Assembly: GCA_965261545.1 (NCBI GenBank) | Contig: CBDHDF010000010.1 | Location: 480,001-544,000, forward strand | Origin: Bdellovibrionales bacterium | Lineage (GTDB): Bacteria; Bdellovibrionota; Bdellovibrionia; Bdellovibrionales; UBA1609 | Length of the DNA stretch: 64,000 nucleotides | Direction: 5' to 3' | Part shown: piece by piece, positions 21,790 through 31,657 of the stretch | Layout of the letters: the number at the start of each line of letters is the position of its first letter | Position numbering within the stretch: the first letter of the stretch is position 1 | The notes under the pieces: model-generated | Databases searched by the model: none | Told to the model about the DNA's origin: nothing | What the model saw: the letters and a program-made list of their open reading frames with translations, nothing else | Made by a program: the position numbers and the translations under genes

Positions 21790-22223
21790 TATTGTGTATT
21801 AACTCCTACATCAGGCCAACCATTTCCCGCAAGGGTGTCAAAGACAACAATAAGTTGCTTATAAGTGACCGAATTTTCAGTATTAAGAATCACATCCGTT
21901 TTTTGGGGATGCCTTTGCTTCCACTGGTTAAGAACCTGAACCAGTCTCATCTTATCAATTTGATCTCCACTGACGTGGGGTATATGGATGGGTTTTTCAT
22001 TTTCAGACATTTCAAGGCCACGAAATAAAATCGTCACATGAAGACTCACGCTTTTTTGGTCTTTTGTGGAAGGACTATCCGAAGACGTGGCGGCAGAAGT
22101 GTCCGTAGAAAGAACAACAATATGATTCCATACTGCTGTAAGCAGCAGCATGACCACAAGAAGAGCAAATAGCCCTATAAAAGGAGTCATATTTAATTCA
22201 ACATTGACTTTCTTTTTGGCCAT
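21789..22223 (-). CDS. ExbD/TolR family protein, AglQ-like (second motor)
   Basis: LNMTPFIGLFALLVVMLL; Gly replaces the usual transmembrane Asp. Confidence 0.8.
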   Translation of the reverse strand: MAKKKVNVELNMTPFIGLFALLVVMLLLTAVWNHIVVLSTDTSAATSSDSPSTKDQKSVSLHVTILFRGLEMSENEKPIHIPHVSGDQIDKMRLVQVLNQWKQRHPQKTDVILNTENSVTYKQLIVVFDTLAGNGWPDVGVNTQ

Positions 22224-22287
22224 ATAAAACTCTGTTTACCATATTATTTCAGCATTGTTTCTATTGTTTCATCTCCAAATTGTCTCT

Positions 22288-22932
22288 TTAGTATCCTAGC
22301 TTTTTCTTGTTAGCTAAAACCAAATTCAAAGTTGTAACACTGGACTCATGAATATCATCAATCATATTTTGAGCCATGGAACTCAGATAACCAAAGGCTC
22401 CCAAAAGAGGAATGGCAACAATCAAACCAAAGGCGGTAGTATTCATAGCCGTTGCAATAGAATTAGAAAGAAGAGTTGCTTTTTCTGCCGGAGCCACATT
22501 GGCCACAGCGGCAAATGCCCCAATGAGGCCAGTCACAGTTCCCAAGAGGCCCAGAAGCGTCGCTATGTTGGAAAGGGTGGCCAAAAGTCCAATTCTTTTC
22601 TCAAGAAGTGGAACCTCTCTTAAAGCAATGGCATCCATGGCCGTTTGTACCTCCTCAGAGTCCCCATGATTCATCACCGACGTTAAACCTGCTCGAATGA
22701 TATTGGTCAAAGGATTTTGGATCTGAGCAGTGACTGCCAAAGCTTTTTTTATATCCCCTTGGAGAATATAACTATTAATATGATTGAGCAGTTCATCTTT
22801 TTTTACCTTAGAAGCAGCGAGAAGAACAAGGAGGCGCTCCACACCAATCGCTATTCCCACGAGAGAACACACTAAAATAATGTGCATAAACATTCCACCC
22901 TTTGAATATTGAGCAGCCAAATCTGATAGCAT
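22288..22932 (-). CDS. MotA/TolQ/ExbB proton channel, AglR-like (second motor)
   Basis: LLGLLGTVTGLIGAF, AMNTTAFGL. Confidence 0.9.
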   Translation of the reverse strand: MLSDLAAQYSKGGMFMHIILVCSLVGIAIGVERLLVLLAASKVKKDELLNHINSYILQGDIKKALAVTAQIQNPLTNIIRAGLTSVMNHGDSEEVQTAMDAIALREVPLLEKRIGLLATLSNIATLLGLLGTVTGLIGAFAAVANVAPAEKATLLSNSIATAMNTTAFGLIVAIPLLGAFGYLSSMAQNMIDDIHESSVTTLNLVLANKKKLGY

Positions 22933-23250
22933 GGAAACCTCCTTATGCTACATTCGTATTTGATTATATACTACAATACTACAATATTTTTATTTATAAA
23001 TGTATTTATCTAATTCAATTTAGACTACCTTAAGTAGTGATCTAAGAAAAATAATTGGACATTGGTATAGACTCACCGGCATACATAACAATAATACATA
23101 ATATACATTAAGAGATACCATCATGCAATCATAACGCCCCACAACCTACGACAAAACCTCATACAGTATCTCAAATGCTTATTTAATTTGCCGGCTCTAA
23201 TTCTCTTAAGCTTGTATTTTTAACTATTATCTATTAAATTCATTATACAC

Positions 23251-25266
23251 ATGCCACTTTACTTAAAAAATGCTAAAAAACCACCACAACCAAGGGGGAC
23301 GTGTATGACTGCAAGTATGACCAAAAAAGCAACAACTCTCGCTGTAATTACAATAAGAGTTATTTGTTTAAATTTAGTTATGTTAGGTATAGGTTTTTGT
23401 TTGATTTTCTCTGGAAAATCCGCCCATGCCGAAAAATATATTTTAACTATGAAAACTCAGAAGGATTTTGCAAGGGTCTGGAATGAACTCAAAAAGACAG
23501 GTCACTCTACAACTAAAAATCATATTTCTTTCTTAGGACTCCCAGTGAAGAAGGTTGTGAGTCTCAAACACCTTGAAATATTTATTCTTGAATCCAAGAC
23601 AAATATAATATCAACACTTCAAAATAAACCTGGTGTTCATAGAGTTGAAAAAAATATTATTTTTCAAGGCCTAGACCCTAGGTTTAAAGAAAAAATTATT
23701 TCTAATATCCATACTTCTTTCAACAATACTCCTGTCCACAATAGAAATGGCCAAGGGGTATGGGGTGATAATAAAAAGTTGAACAAACACCCTCTCCCCT
23801 CCCAAATCCATTTTTTCTCCCTCCCCCATCTCTTAGAAGAGGCCCCCCCTCCCTTAACATGGGGACTGAGGTCCATTCATGCAAGCAAGGCTTGGGCCCA
23901 TAGCCAAGGAACCAACGTAAAAGTTCTTGTCATAGACACAGGTGTCGATAAAGACCACATCGAGCTTGAGGGAAAAGTTGAAAAGGGAGCTAACTTCTAC
24001 CAAGATGATTCTAAAGATGTTCCCTACCCCTACTATGATGACCATGGTCATGGGACCCACGTTGCAGGAACAGTGGTCGGAACAACTGTCGGCGTCGCCC
24101 CAAAAGCAAAACTCCTATCAGCTAAAGTTTGTGGTTTCTCTGGACGCTGCGATCTTGCTGCTATGCTCGCCTCTATCAACTGGGGAGTGGAAGAAAAAGT
24201 GGATGTGATCAATATTTCTATAGGAGGCCCCCGCGCCAGCGAAGCAGAAAGGGTCGCCTATGCAAAAGTTACTGAAGCCGGAGTTTTTGTGGTTGCCGCT
24301 GCGGGAAATAGCGGCACCCCCGACCTCGCCTATCCGGCTCGTTTTGAATCCGTATTTAGTGTCGGAGCCATCAATGAAAAGATGGAGAAGGCTCGCTTTT
24401 CACAATATGGCCCTGACTTAAACCTTGTCGCCCCCGGGGAATCCATTAAGTCAAGTACTCCAGGAGAGGCCCCCAGTTCCACACTGCAAGTCGATGGCTT
24501 TGGTGAAGTTGAAAACGTAGCGGCTATTGGTACGAATGTTCCAGAGGCCCCTGTTCAAGGCCCATTGGTTCATATTGGCTACGGACAAGAATCCGATGTA
24601 AAAGACTTAGACCTCACAGGTAAAGTCGCTCTCATTTCTCGTGGAAAACTATCCTTTCTTAAAAAAGTCCAAAATGCCATAAGCAAAGGAGCCATCGGAG
24701 TGATTATTCACAATAACACCACGGGCCTGATGGTCCCGACTCTCGATAAAAAAAATCCTGTGAGCATACCTGTGGTTTCCATTGGGCAAAGTGACGGAGA
24801 AAATATTCGCACTCAATTAGATCAAGAAATTGTGGTGAATACGTCCATTGCCATAGTACTAAAACCTGCCTATGAATATTACAGTGGAACCTCCATGTCT
24901 AGCCCCCATGTGACAGGTGTGGCAGCCTTAATTAAATCCGCTTATACAGGTCTTAAAGAAAAAGATATTAAGGACATTCTTTTGAAAACAGCGACGGACC
25001 TCATGGATACCAATAAGTTTGGCGCAGGACTCGTCAATGCAGAGGCCGCAGTCATAGAAGCTATAAAGCGAAAAGAAGAGGGCGAGAAGCAGCCTCCCGA
25101 CGAAGGCGAAACTCCTCCAGATGAGAGCGAAACTCCTCCAGATGAGGGCGAGACTCCTCCAGATGAGGGCAAGACCCCTCCAGATGAGGGCGAAACTCCT
25201 CCAGATGAGGGCGAGACCCCTCCAGATGAGGGCGAGACTCCTCCAGATGAGGGCGAGGGAAATTAA
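23251..25266 (+). CDS. S8 subtilisin-like serine protease with PA domain and acidic repeat tail
   Basis: Catalytic motifs VIDTG, HGTHVAG, GTSMSSPH; PA insert. Confidence 0.92.
   Translation: MPLYLKNAKKPPQPRGTCMTASMTKKATTLAVITIRVICLNLVMLGIGFCLIFSGKSAHAEKYILTMKTQKDFARVWNELKKTGHSTTKNHISFLGLPVKKVVSLKHLEIFILESKTNIISTLQNKPGVHRVEKNIIFQGLDPRFKEKIISNIHTSFNNTPVHNRNGQGVWGDNKKLNKHPLPSQIHFFSLPHLLEEAPPPLTWGLRSIHASKAWAHSQGTNVKVLVIDTGVDKDHIELEGKVEKGANFYQDDSKDVPYPYYDDHGHGTHVAGTVVGTTVGVAPKAKLLSAKVCGFSGRCDLAAMLASINWGVEEKVDVINISIGGPRASEAERVAYAKVTEAGVFVVAAAGNSGTPDLAYPARFESVFSVGAINEKMEKARFSQYGPDLNLVAPGESIKSSTPGEAPSSTLQVDGFGEVENVAAIGTNVPEAPVQGPLVHIGYGQESDVKDLDLTGKVALISRGKLSFLKKVQNAISKGAIGVIIHNNTTGLMVPTLDKKNPVSIPVVSIGQSDGENIRTQLDQEIVVNTSIAIVLKPAYEYYSGTSMSSPHVTGVAALIKSAYTGLKEKDIKDILLKTATDLMDTNKFGAGLVNAEAAVIEAIKRKEEGEKQPPDEGETPPDESETPPDEGETPPDEGKTPPDEGETPPDEGETPPDEGETPPDEGEGN
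25093..25260 (+). repeat. 21-bp tandem repeat, 8 copies, encoding PPDEGET
   Basis: cctccagatgagggcgaaact-like units. Confidence 0.95.
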
Positions 25267-25268
25267 TC

Positions 25269-25950
25269 TTGACTCAATTACAATTTTTTACAAAATGGAC
25301 TTTTTCTAGCATCATCCATTTGTCTCATCATTATCAATGCTTTGGGCTGTGGAGATGGAGAGAAAAATCAATACGAATCACCCTTCAGCGATCCCTCTAC
25401 TTCTTTTATCTCTGTATGGCGGCTTGACAACGACAACGAGTCCATCACTCTTCCCTTACGCTCAGGCTATGATTATAATTTTACGGTGGATTGAGGTGAT
25501 GGCTCTTCCAACGAAATCACAGCCCATGATGACAGCGACATCACCCACACCTACACAAAGGTTGGAGATTACACTGTCATCATCTCAGGAGAGCTTGAAT
25601 CTTGGTTTTTCAACAACAGTGGGAGCAAAGATAAGATCATTTCTGTAAAGAATCTGGGAAATATGGGATGGACCAACTTGGAGGGAGCCTTTGAGGGCTG
25701 CAGTGAGCTCGTAGAAGTCATTGGAGGCAACACCTCTCGTGTGACAAATATAAATCGCATGTTTAAAGGGGCCACCTCCATAAAAAATATTGACTTCACT
25801 CCATGGGATTTCGCCCGTGTGACAGAGATAAATGAAACTTTCAGCGACTTCACACTTGCTACAAGGGTTTATAACACCCTACTTCATCGACTCCTGAGAC
25901 CTCCACTCAAGAAAATATTACCTTAGATGTGGGTAGCTCTAAGTACGACA
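25269..25950 (+). pseudogene. 5' part of a BspA/DUF285-like lipoprotein gene, split by the 28-kb insertion
   Basis: Paralogous to 54078-54868; TGG>TGA at 25492-25494, frameshifts; joins as VGSSKYD|SRAENIRQ. Confidence 0.85.
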
Positions 25951-25976
25951 CAATGCCATTCGTCTATGAAAAAGTA

Positions 25977-25982
25977 TGTCAA
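25977..25982 (-). promoter_or_regulatory. TTGACA -35 box in IS110 right end; circle junction would give TTGACA-N17-TAAATC
   Basis: Predicted junction ttgaca tactttttcatagacgg taaatc; -10 box imperfect. Confidence 0.5.
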
Positions 25983-26119
25983 GAAAATATACCTATCCAT
26001 GTTGCAAAAAATTACCATCTTTTGCTGCATACGGTCACCCGTCCTTCCGAAATCTCTCACCAAGTTCTTTCTAGCACTTCTTCTTCATGGTTAATGGCTT
26101 TTTATTTACATCTCTAAAA

Positions 26120-26330
26120 CAACATATTCCTATGATTCGTCTATTTGGACACTCTTAATTCAAGACCGGTTGGAAAATGCTCCTTCCTACAATCTTCAAT
26201 TTGGGTCATCGTAAATGTTAAGGAATAGAGGACGTACTAATCGTTTAAATGAACCTTTATGGCTATCGAATGGATTGAGCTATCTATCCTCACCTCATAA
26301 TAAAGTCATTGTCTACTTTTCGCTATATGC
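26120..26330 (-). ncRNA. Predicted bridge/seek RNA of the IS110 element (intact copy; ends approximate)
   Basis: Two stem-closed loops with guides CCATTCG and TTTAAACG (target), ATTTAC-G and ATAGACG (donor). Confidence 0.8.
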
Positions 26331-26376
26331 TTAAAGAACTACTGAGATTTTTATGAGGCTGTTTTAATATATTTTA

Positions 26377-28202
26377 GAGCCTGTAAACTATTTTGTGTAA
26401 CTGCCGAATCATATTAGGATGAACTATCATCCTGAAAGGAGAAGGCAGAATGGATATCAAGACAATAGGCAAGGAACTAGCGAAGAACGTCAAGACCCAA
26501 AAGGATTTATCCGACATAACGGGTCAACTGATGAAGGTTGTTTTAGAGACAGCTCTTAATGCGGAAATGGACGATCACCTAGGTTATGAGAGGCATGAGA
26601 AGTCTGAGACCCGCAAATCCAACACTCGCAATGGTTACAGTAGAAAGACCATAAAGGGAGAGAAAGGCGAGGTGGAGCTTCAGGTCCCCCGTGACCGAAG
26701 TGCCTCCTTTGAGCCCCAAGTCATTCCCAAAGGCAAGACTCGTCTTGAGGGCTTTGAAGACAGTATTCTGACCCTCTATGCGAGGGGAATGACGACCAGG
26801 GATATTCAAGGAGCTATCAAAGACCTCTACCATGGTGCAGAGATATCCCACTCAGTGATAGCCAACGTGACGGATGCTGTTATTGATGAAGTTACGGCTT
26901 GGCAGAACCGCCCCTTGGATAGCACTTACCCTATCGTATTTTTGGACTGTATCGTGGTGAAGGTCCATCAAGACAAGAGAGTTATTAATAAGGCGATTTA
27001 CCTAGCTCTTGGTATTACAGAGGAGGGTCAGAAAGACTTGTTGGGCCTATGGATTTCTGAAAATGAGGGTTCAAAGTTTTGGTTGAGTGTTTTGACTGAG
27101 CTGCAAAATCGAGGGTTGAAAGACGTATTTATATTTTCTGTAGATGGTCTTACAGGTTTTCCTCAAGCCATTTCAGCGGCTTTTCCCAAGTCTAAAGTGC
27201 AACTGTGCATTGTCCATATGGTCCGCAATTCCCTTCGCTATGTCCCTTCCAAGGATATGAAAGCTGTCGCCCAAGACCTCAAGTCCATTTATGGCTCTAC
27301 GACTCTGACAGAAGCTGAAAAGGCCCTTGAGGAATTTTGTACCAAGTGGTCTTCAAAGTATCCGAATATTGAAAAGTCTTGGCGTAGGAATTGGGACAAT
27401 CTCATCACTATTTTCGATTATCCGGATGAAATCAGAAAGATTTTTTATACCACAAACGCCATAGAGTCGTTAAATAGCGTGATCCGCAAGGCGATCAGAA
27501 ATCGTAAGATATTTCCCAGTGATCGGTCGGCTTTAAAAGTTGTATATTTAGCGATAAAAATGGCCTCTAAGCGATGGACACGACCATTACACAACTGGAA
27601 GCCAGCCATGAACAGGTTTGCCATTGAATACGGTGACCGTTTTGACAACTAAGTTTTTTAATAAGGTCCACCACCTGCCTTATAAGGGGGCTTAAAAGCC
27701 CCTCTAAGGCGTTGACAGAAGTACTGGAATACCGAGACTATGGTTAGGGTAATATAGTATGGGAACCTAAATACATGCCCTCTTGGTGCAGATTTGGGTT
27801 TCCATTTTTTTTCATGTTTCATCCCAATGCTGGTATTTCTCGAATATCCCAAGTTAAAAAAAATAAAAAAAAGGGGGTAATATAGTATGGGAACCTAAAC
27901 ACATGAACCCTTTGATGAGATTGGAATTTCCATTTTTTTGAGAGAGCTATTGCTGATTTTTTTCCAATCAAGATGATAATTATTTATTTGAGTTCTTTCC
28001 AGTTCTGATATGATCCCATTACGGCTCCATCTCCCCATTAAATTATAATGCATTGTGACTGACAAAATCGCTTGAAGGAAAAAATGTCAATTATACATTG
28101 ACGAATAATATGGGGCTGTGCTTTTTACTAGGAGTGGAGCCACATAAGTGGCTTTAAGATTTAAGAAAAAAATTGCAGTTACACAATTATTTTTACAGTC
28201 CC
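26377..28202 (+). mobile_element. IS256-family element
   Basis: 28-bp imperfect IRs (gagcctgtaaactattttgtgtaactgc / gggactgtaaaaataattgtgtaactgc); 8-bp TSD atatttta at 26369-26376 and 28203-28210. Confidence 0.93.
26450..27652 (+). CDS. IS256-family transposase
   Basis: RNGY, VPRDR, FLDC, VDGLTG, QLCIVH, YTTNAIES motifs. Confidence 0.95.
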   Translation: MDIKTIGKELAKNVKTQKDLSDITGQLMKVVLETALNAEMDDHLGYERHEKSETRKSNTRNGYSRKTIKGEKGEVELQVPRDRSASFEPQVIPKGKTRLEGFEDSILTLYARGMTTRDIQGAIKDLYHGAEISHSVIANVTDAVIDEVTAWQNRPLDSTYPIVFLDCIVVKVHQDKRVINKAIYLALGITEEGQKDLLGLWISENEGSKFWLSVLTELQNRGLKDVFIFSVDGLTGFPQAISAAFPKSKVQLCIVHMVRNSLRYVPSKDMKAVAQDLKSIYGSTTLTEAEKALEEFCTKWSSKYPNIEKSWRRNWDNLITIFDYPDEIRKIFYTTNAIESLNSVIRKAIRNRKIFPSDRSALKVVYLAIKMASKRWTRPLHNWKPAMNRFAIEYGDRFDN

Positions 28203-29087
28203 ATATTTTACATTTTTGTATTTCCTGTAGGGTTTAAATTTTTCTTCAGACTTCAAAACTCCTAATGCTAAAGCAGCTATTCTTCTTGAAATGGCGTTCC
28301 TGGCTTTGTGTGGTGGATAATTTCTTTCTGTAATTAACTGCTCATACCAGTCATTGAATTCATTTTTCCCACCAATAACTGTCAATGCAGCCACCTTAAA
28401 AACACATTTCATTTGCCGATGTTAGGCGCCAATTAAAATTGGCCATTTTTAGAAGCCGTCGCCAATGAAAAACGGCCAGTTGATGATGTACTGATTTAGT
28501 TATTCTTCGTTCAGAGTTTAGTCAAGTGTCTTTATTTTGCTCATCATTTAACTCCGACTATGCCACAAGATTCTGAGGAATGATTTTCTGCCCACCACTT
28601 TTGGCATGACCCCAAATGCATCCTTCAGCCCTATGGCAGAGGTAAATGGAGTATTTTTCAGGATTCCTTGGCGCAGCTAATGTCTAAAGCTCCGCAAGAG
28701 TGACGAGCAAATAGTACGGTAAAAGCCAGTTATCCATAAATTTATCCATGGCGACACTGCGGCTGTGACCCCGATGTCTAGCAACGCAGTGCTGCTGGTG
28801 TGCCCAGCACAATATAGGAGGTAACGACTATAGAAAGCTGACATGATGATGGTGGTAGGTCCACCGTTCTCGATTTACAGGAATTGGGAACAAACAACCC
28901 TAAGCTGCGCAGGGGGCAAGACCTGGGTGGTGAGCGTTAGGGAAAAGGCCAGAATAACTGGTCATGTGTAGTCTGTGAAGATGAGCGAAAGCGAACCATC
29001 GATGAGGCGTCGAAAATGCGTTAGTTGCTGTCAAAACCAAGGTCCCGGTAGTACCTTGGGATAAACTCGGAAGGTACCTGATTACTG

Positions 29088-31248
29088 GTCGAGTAGGGAA
29101 GGAGGTTTCCCCCCTTCCCCCTCCCAGAGCCGAACGTGCGCAACTAACGCATTCGGCTCCTCTGATTATAGGTTCACTGCTTGGTTGGGATAGGCGCACC
29201 GACTCTCACTAGTGTGAAAGTTTTCCAGCTTTCCTTACTAGACATTCCATTGGAATTGCTGGAAGGGGCGCCTAATCCTTGGTATGGGTAACGGGAAGCG
29301 CTTCAACAATCGGTTGTACGCCTCCCAGTTGATCTGGCGTCTTTGCGTCCTCCTCATGAGCCACTTTTTCCAAATTCTGATGACCACCCGGTAGAACCGC
29401 TTTATGTTGCGGTAGTTCCCGGGTATACCATAATAGGCATAGTGACCGTAGAGAAACTGCTGCAAACGGTTGGCTTGATGCTTGAGGGGAGCATGACGAT
29501 GCCGTTTACACCAGAGGCTTACGGATGCAAGCCCCCGATCCAGACGACTTTTCATCGTGCCTCGAAAGACAACCCAGTTTCCCTTCAGAGATTTCCTCCA
29601 TGTGTGGCTGAAACCTAAGAAGTCGAACGACTGGATTTTTCTCACGTCCCTCTCGTATCCCTTGAGGTTCGTGCGGGAAATACGGTAGGGAGGAGGGCGG
29701 AAATCTACGATCCGAGACTTCTCGGGGTGCATTGTTAGCCCAAATCGAGCAAGTCTTTTTGGCAACACCTCGTAGATTCGCCGTGCGTCCTCTTCCCTCT
29801 GGAATCCCATCACGAAGTCGTCGCAGTATCGAGCCATAAACCCGTATCCTTTGAGTCGTGGTTTGACATCCTTCTCAAACCATTCATCTAAGACATAATG
29901 GAGAAATACGTTAGCCATGAGCGGGGAAGCCACCCCACCTTGCGGTGTACCTGATATCGGCTTGGTGGTTCGCCCCTTATCCATGATCTCTGCATTCAGC
30001 CATTTGTCTATCAACCGACGGATCACTCCGTCTCGCACTCGCTTGGCGAGAATCTTACGAAGCTCAGAATGAGAGATGGTATCAAAGAATTTCTGGATAT
30101 CAATATCTAATACCCAGTAGGCTCGATGGTCCATCATTTCATTGCGAATTCCCTCTAGTGCTTGGTGGCATGATCTTCCAGGACGGAAGCCATAGGAGCA
30201 GTTGTAGAATTCCTGCTCATACACCGCTTCAAGAACCATCACGACAGCTCTTTGAGCTACCTTGTCCTCGATCGTCGGGATGCCTAGTGGGCGCAGACTT
30301 CCATCGGCCTTGGGAATGTAGTGACGTCTGATTTTGGGCGCACGATAGCTCCCAGATTTCAGGCGTCCGAGAAGATTTTGAAGATTTTCCTCAAGCTTCT
30401 CTTCGTACTCCTTCGCCGTTATGTTATCTACACCTACCGCCCCATCCTTTCGGGTGAGACGCCACGCCTCTTTCAACCAATCTATGGTGATAAAGTGGTT
30501 GAGGGAAATTATAGCTTTGCCCTTCGTGTGTCTCGCTATCTCTGCTATCCGAGATTTTTTCGTTGACACTATCTTGGTTGGATTCAATGTTCCTCCTAAT
30601 GTTTCAAAATACTCGAGTCTATAATCAGGTTAGCCCTTCCCTCGTTTGGGTCCCCTGCAAGTTCAGGTTCCCCACTCTCAACGGTACTATGGCTACCTCC
30701 GACTCCCTACAACCCATCGCCAGTCCCTTATTGATTCGTTGTGGCTACCTTGGCACGGAGATTCTTTTCGCTGCGGGTTCTGACATCTCCGTTTGCAGAA
30801 CTCGCCCTAGGTTTTTTTTCACAGGATACCGACCTGCTTGCACGCCTCGGAGGTTGTAGGGCCTCCTGTGTTACTAGGTCACCTCGATACACATTCGCCC
30901 CGCTCTACGACCCCGGCAGAATTCACACGACCTCGCTCATCTATGGGCGTGCAAATGTTGCCCCCCATTCTCGACACTCGAAGGGCTTCTGCAATTTCGT
31001 TCTGTTTCGTGGCTCAATCACGCGGCTTTTGCATCGCTGTTTACGCTTTACGGATGTTGTTCCACCTCCCACCCCTCACCATTCGGTGTCGAGGTTTCAT
31101 GATGTCCGTGTCCGCACAAAACTCGCTTCCAGTCGGGTGAGCTAGCCCTTACTGGGTGGGGTTCCAACCCACAAGATGACTTCAAAGGATTTCAAAACTT
31201 CATTTCCTATTCCATTCATTCCTCCTTTCTAGCCTTTGCACAGCGCAC
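29088..31248 (-). mobile_element. RT-encoding group II intron nested antisense in the ORF-less intron
   Basis: 5' GTGCGCTGTG; domain V gagccgaatgcgttagttgcgcacgttcggctc; 3' ctactcgac. Confidence 0.92.
29238..30587 (-). CDS. ltrA: Group II intron reverse transcriptase/maturase, no evident endonuclease domain
   Basis: RPLGIPT, SYGFRPGRS, GTPQGG, RYCDDF (YCDD variant), FDFLGF. Confidence 0.93.
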   Translation of the reverse strand: MNPTKIVSTKKSRIAEIARHTKGKAIISLNHFITIDWLKEAWRLTRKDGAVGVDNITAKEYEEKLEENLQNLLGRLKSGSYRAPKIRRHYIPKADGSLRPLGIPTIEDKVAQRAVVMVLEAVYEQEFYNCSYGFRPGRSCHQALEGIRNEMMDHRAYWVLDIDIQKFFDTISHSELRKILAKRVRDGVIRRLIDKWLNAEIMDKGRTTKPISGTPQGGVASPLMANVFLHYVLDEWFEKDVKPRLKGYGFMARYCDDFVMGFQREEDARRIYEVLPKRLARFGLTMHPEKSRIVDFRPPPYRISRTNLKGYERDVRKIQSFDFLGFSHTWRKSLKGNWVVFRGTMKSRLDRGLASVSLWCKRHRHAPLKHQANRLQQFLYGHYAYYGIPGNYRNIKRFYRVVIRIWKKWLMRRTQRRQINWEAYNRLLKRFPLPIPRIRRPFQQFQWNV

Positions 31249-31657
31249 GCCGAGTGGCAGCCGGCGTAAAGGTGGCATGAGCACAGACTTGGCGTCGTGT
31301 TGGAACTGGGGAACCTACTGGTGGATGTTAAGGGAACGGCTATAAGGTGGAAACCGAAGGGCAAATACCGATGACACCAGATAGGGGCAGAGAGACTCGT
31401 AGTAGTGAAGAAGGTTCTGTAACGGAGCTGGAGCGAAGGGGTCTCCTAATATGTGAGGAAACACTAACCAGTCGGACACTCTGTGGTCCATTTAAATGGT
31501 TTACAATAGTGGAACCTCGCAAATATTAGAGGAGCCGTATGACGGGAGACTGTCACGTACGTGTCTGTGAGGGGCAGTGGGGGAAGCTCCCACTGTCTAC
31601 TCGATTGGATAAATTTTGTGGATAACTGGCGAGTTCCTTCCCCAAAAGTGGGGATCT

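Larger units (their letters stand above)
25961..28419 (-). mobile_element. IS110-family element copy L, 3' part (25961-26376 and 28211-28419)
   Basis: Matches 35009-35343 and 53562-54057; CG core at 25961-25962; interrupted by IS256 and IS21-A. Confidence 0.9.
28765..31605 (+). mobile_element. ORF-less group II intron (~680 nt: 28765-29087 and 31249-31605); 5' end approximate
   Basis: 5' GTGACCCCGA; domain V gagccgtatgacgggagactgtcacgtacg; domain VI ending ctactcgat; no ORF. Confidence 0.8.

Noticed and set aside
25492..25494. TGA at a conserved Trp position, suggesting an alternative genetic code
   Set aside because: The same gene has frameshifts and an insertion, and TGA ends intact genes here (e.g. 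gshA), so this is pseudogene decay
29238..30587. RT as a DGR, retron or defence RT
   Set aside because: Flanked by a group II intron 5' end and domains V/VI; no template/variable repeat pair or msr-msd seen
28725..31630. DnaA boxes as a replication origin
   Set aside because: Only one perfect box, inside an IS hairpin, with no dnaA or oriC context
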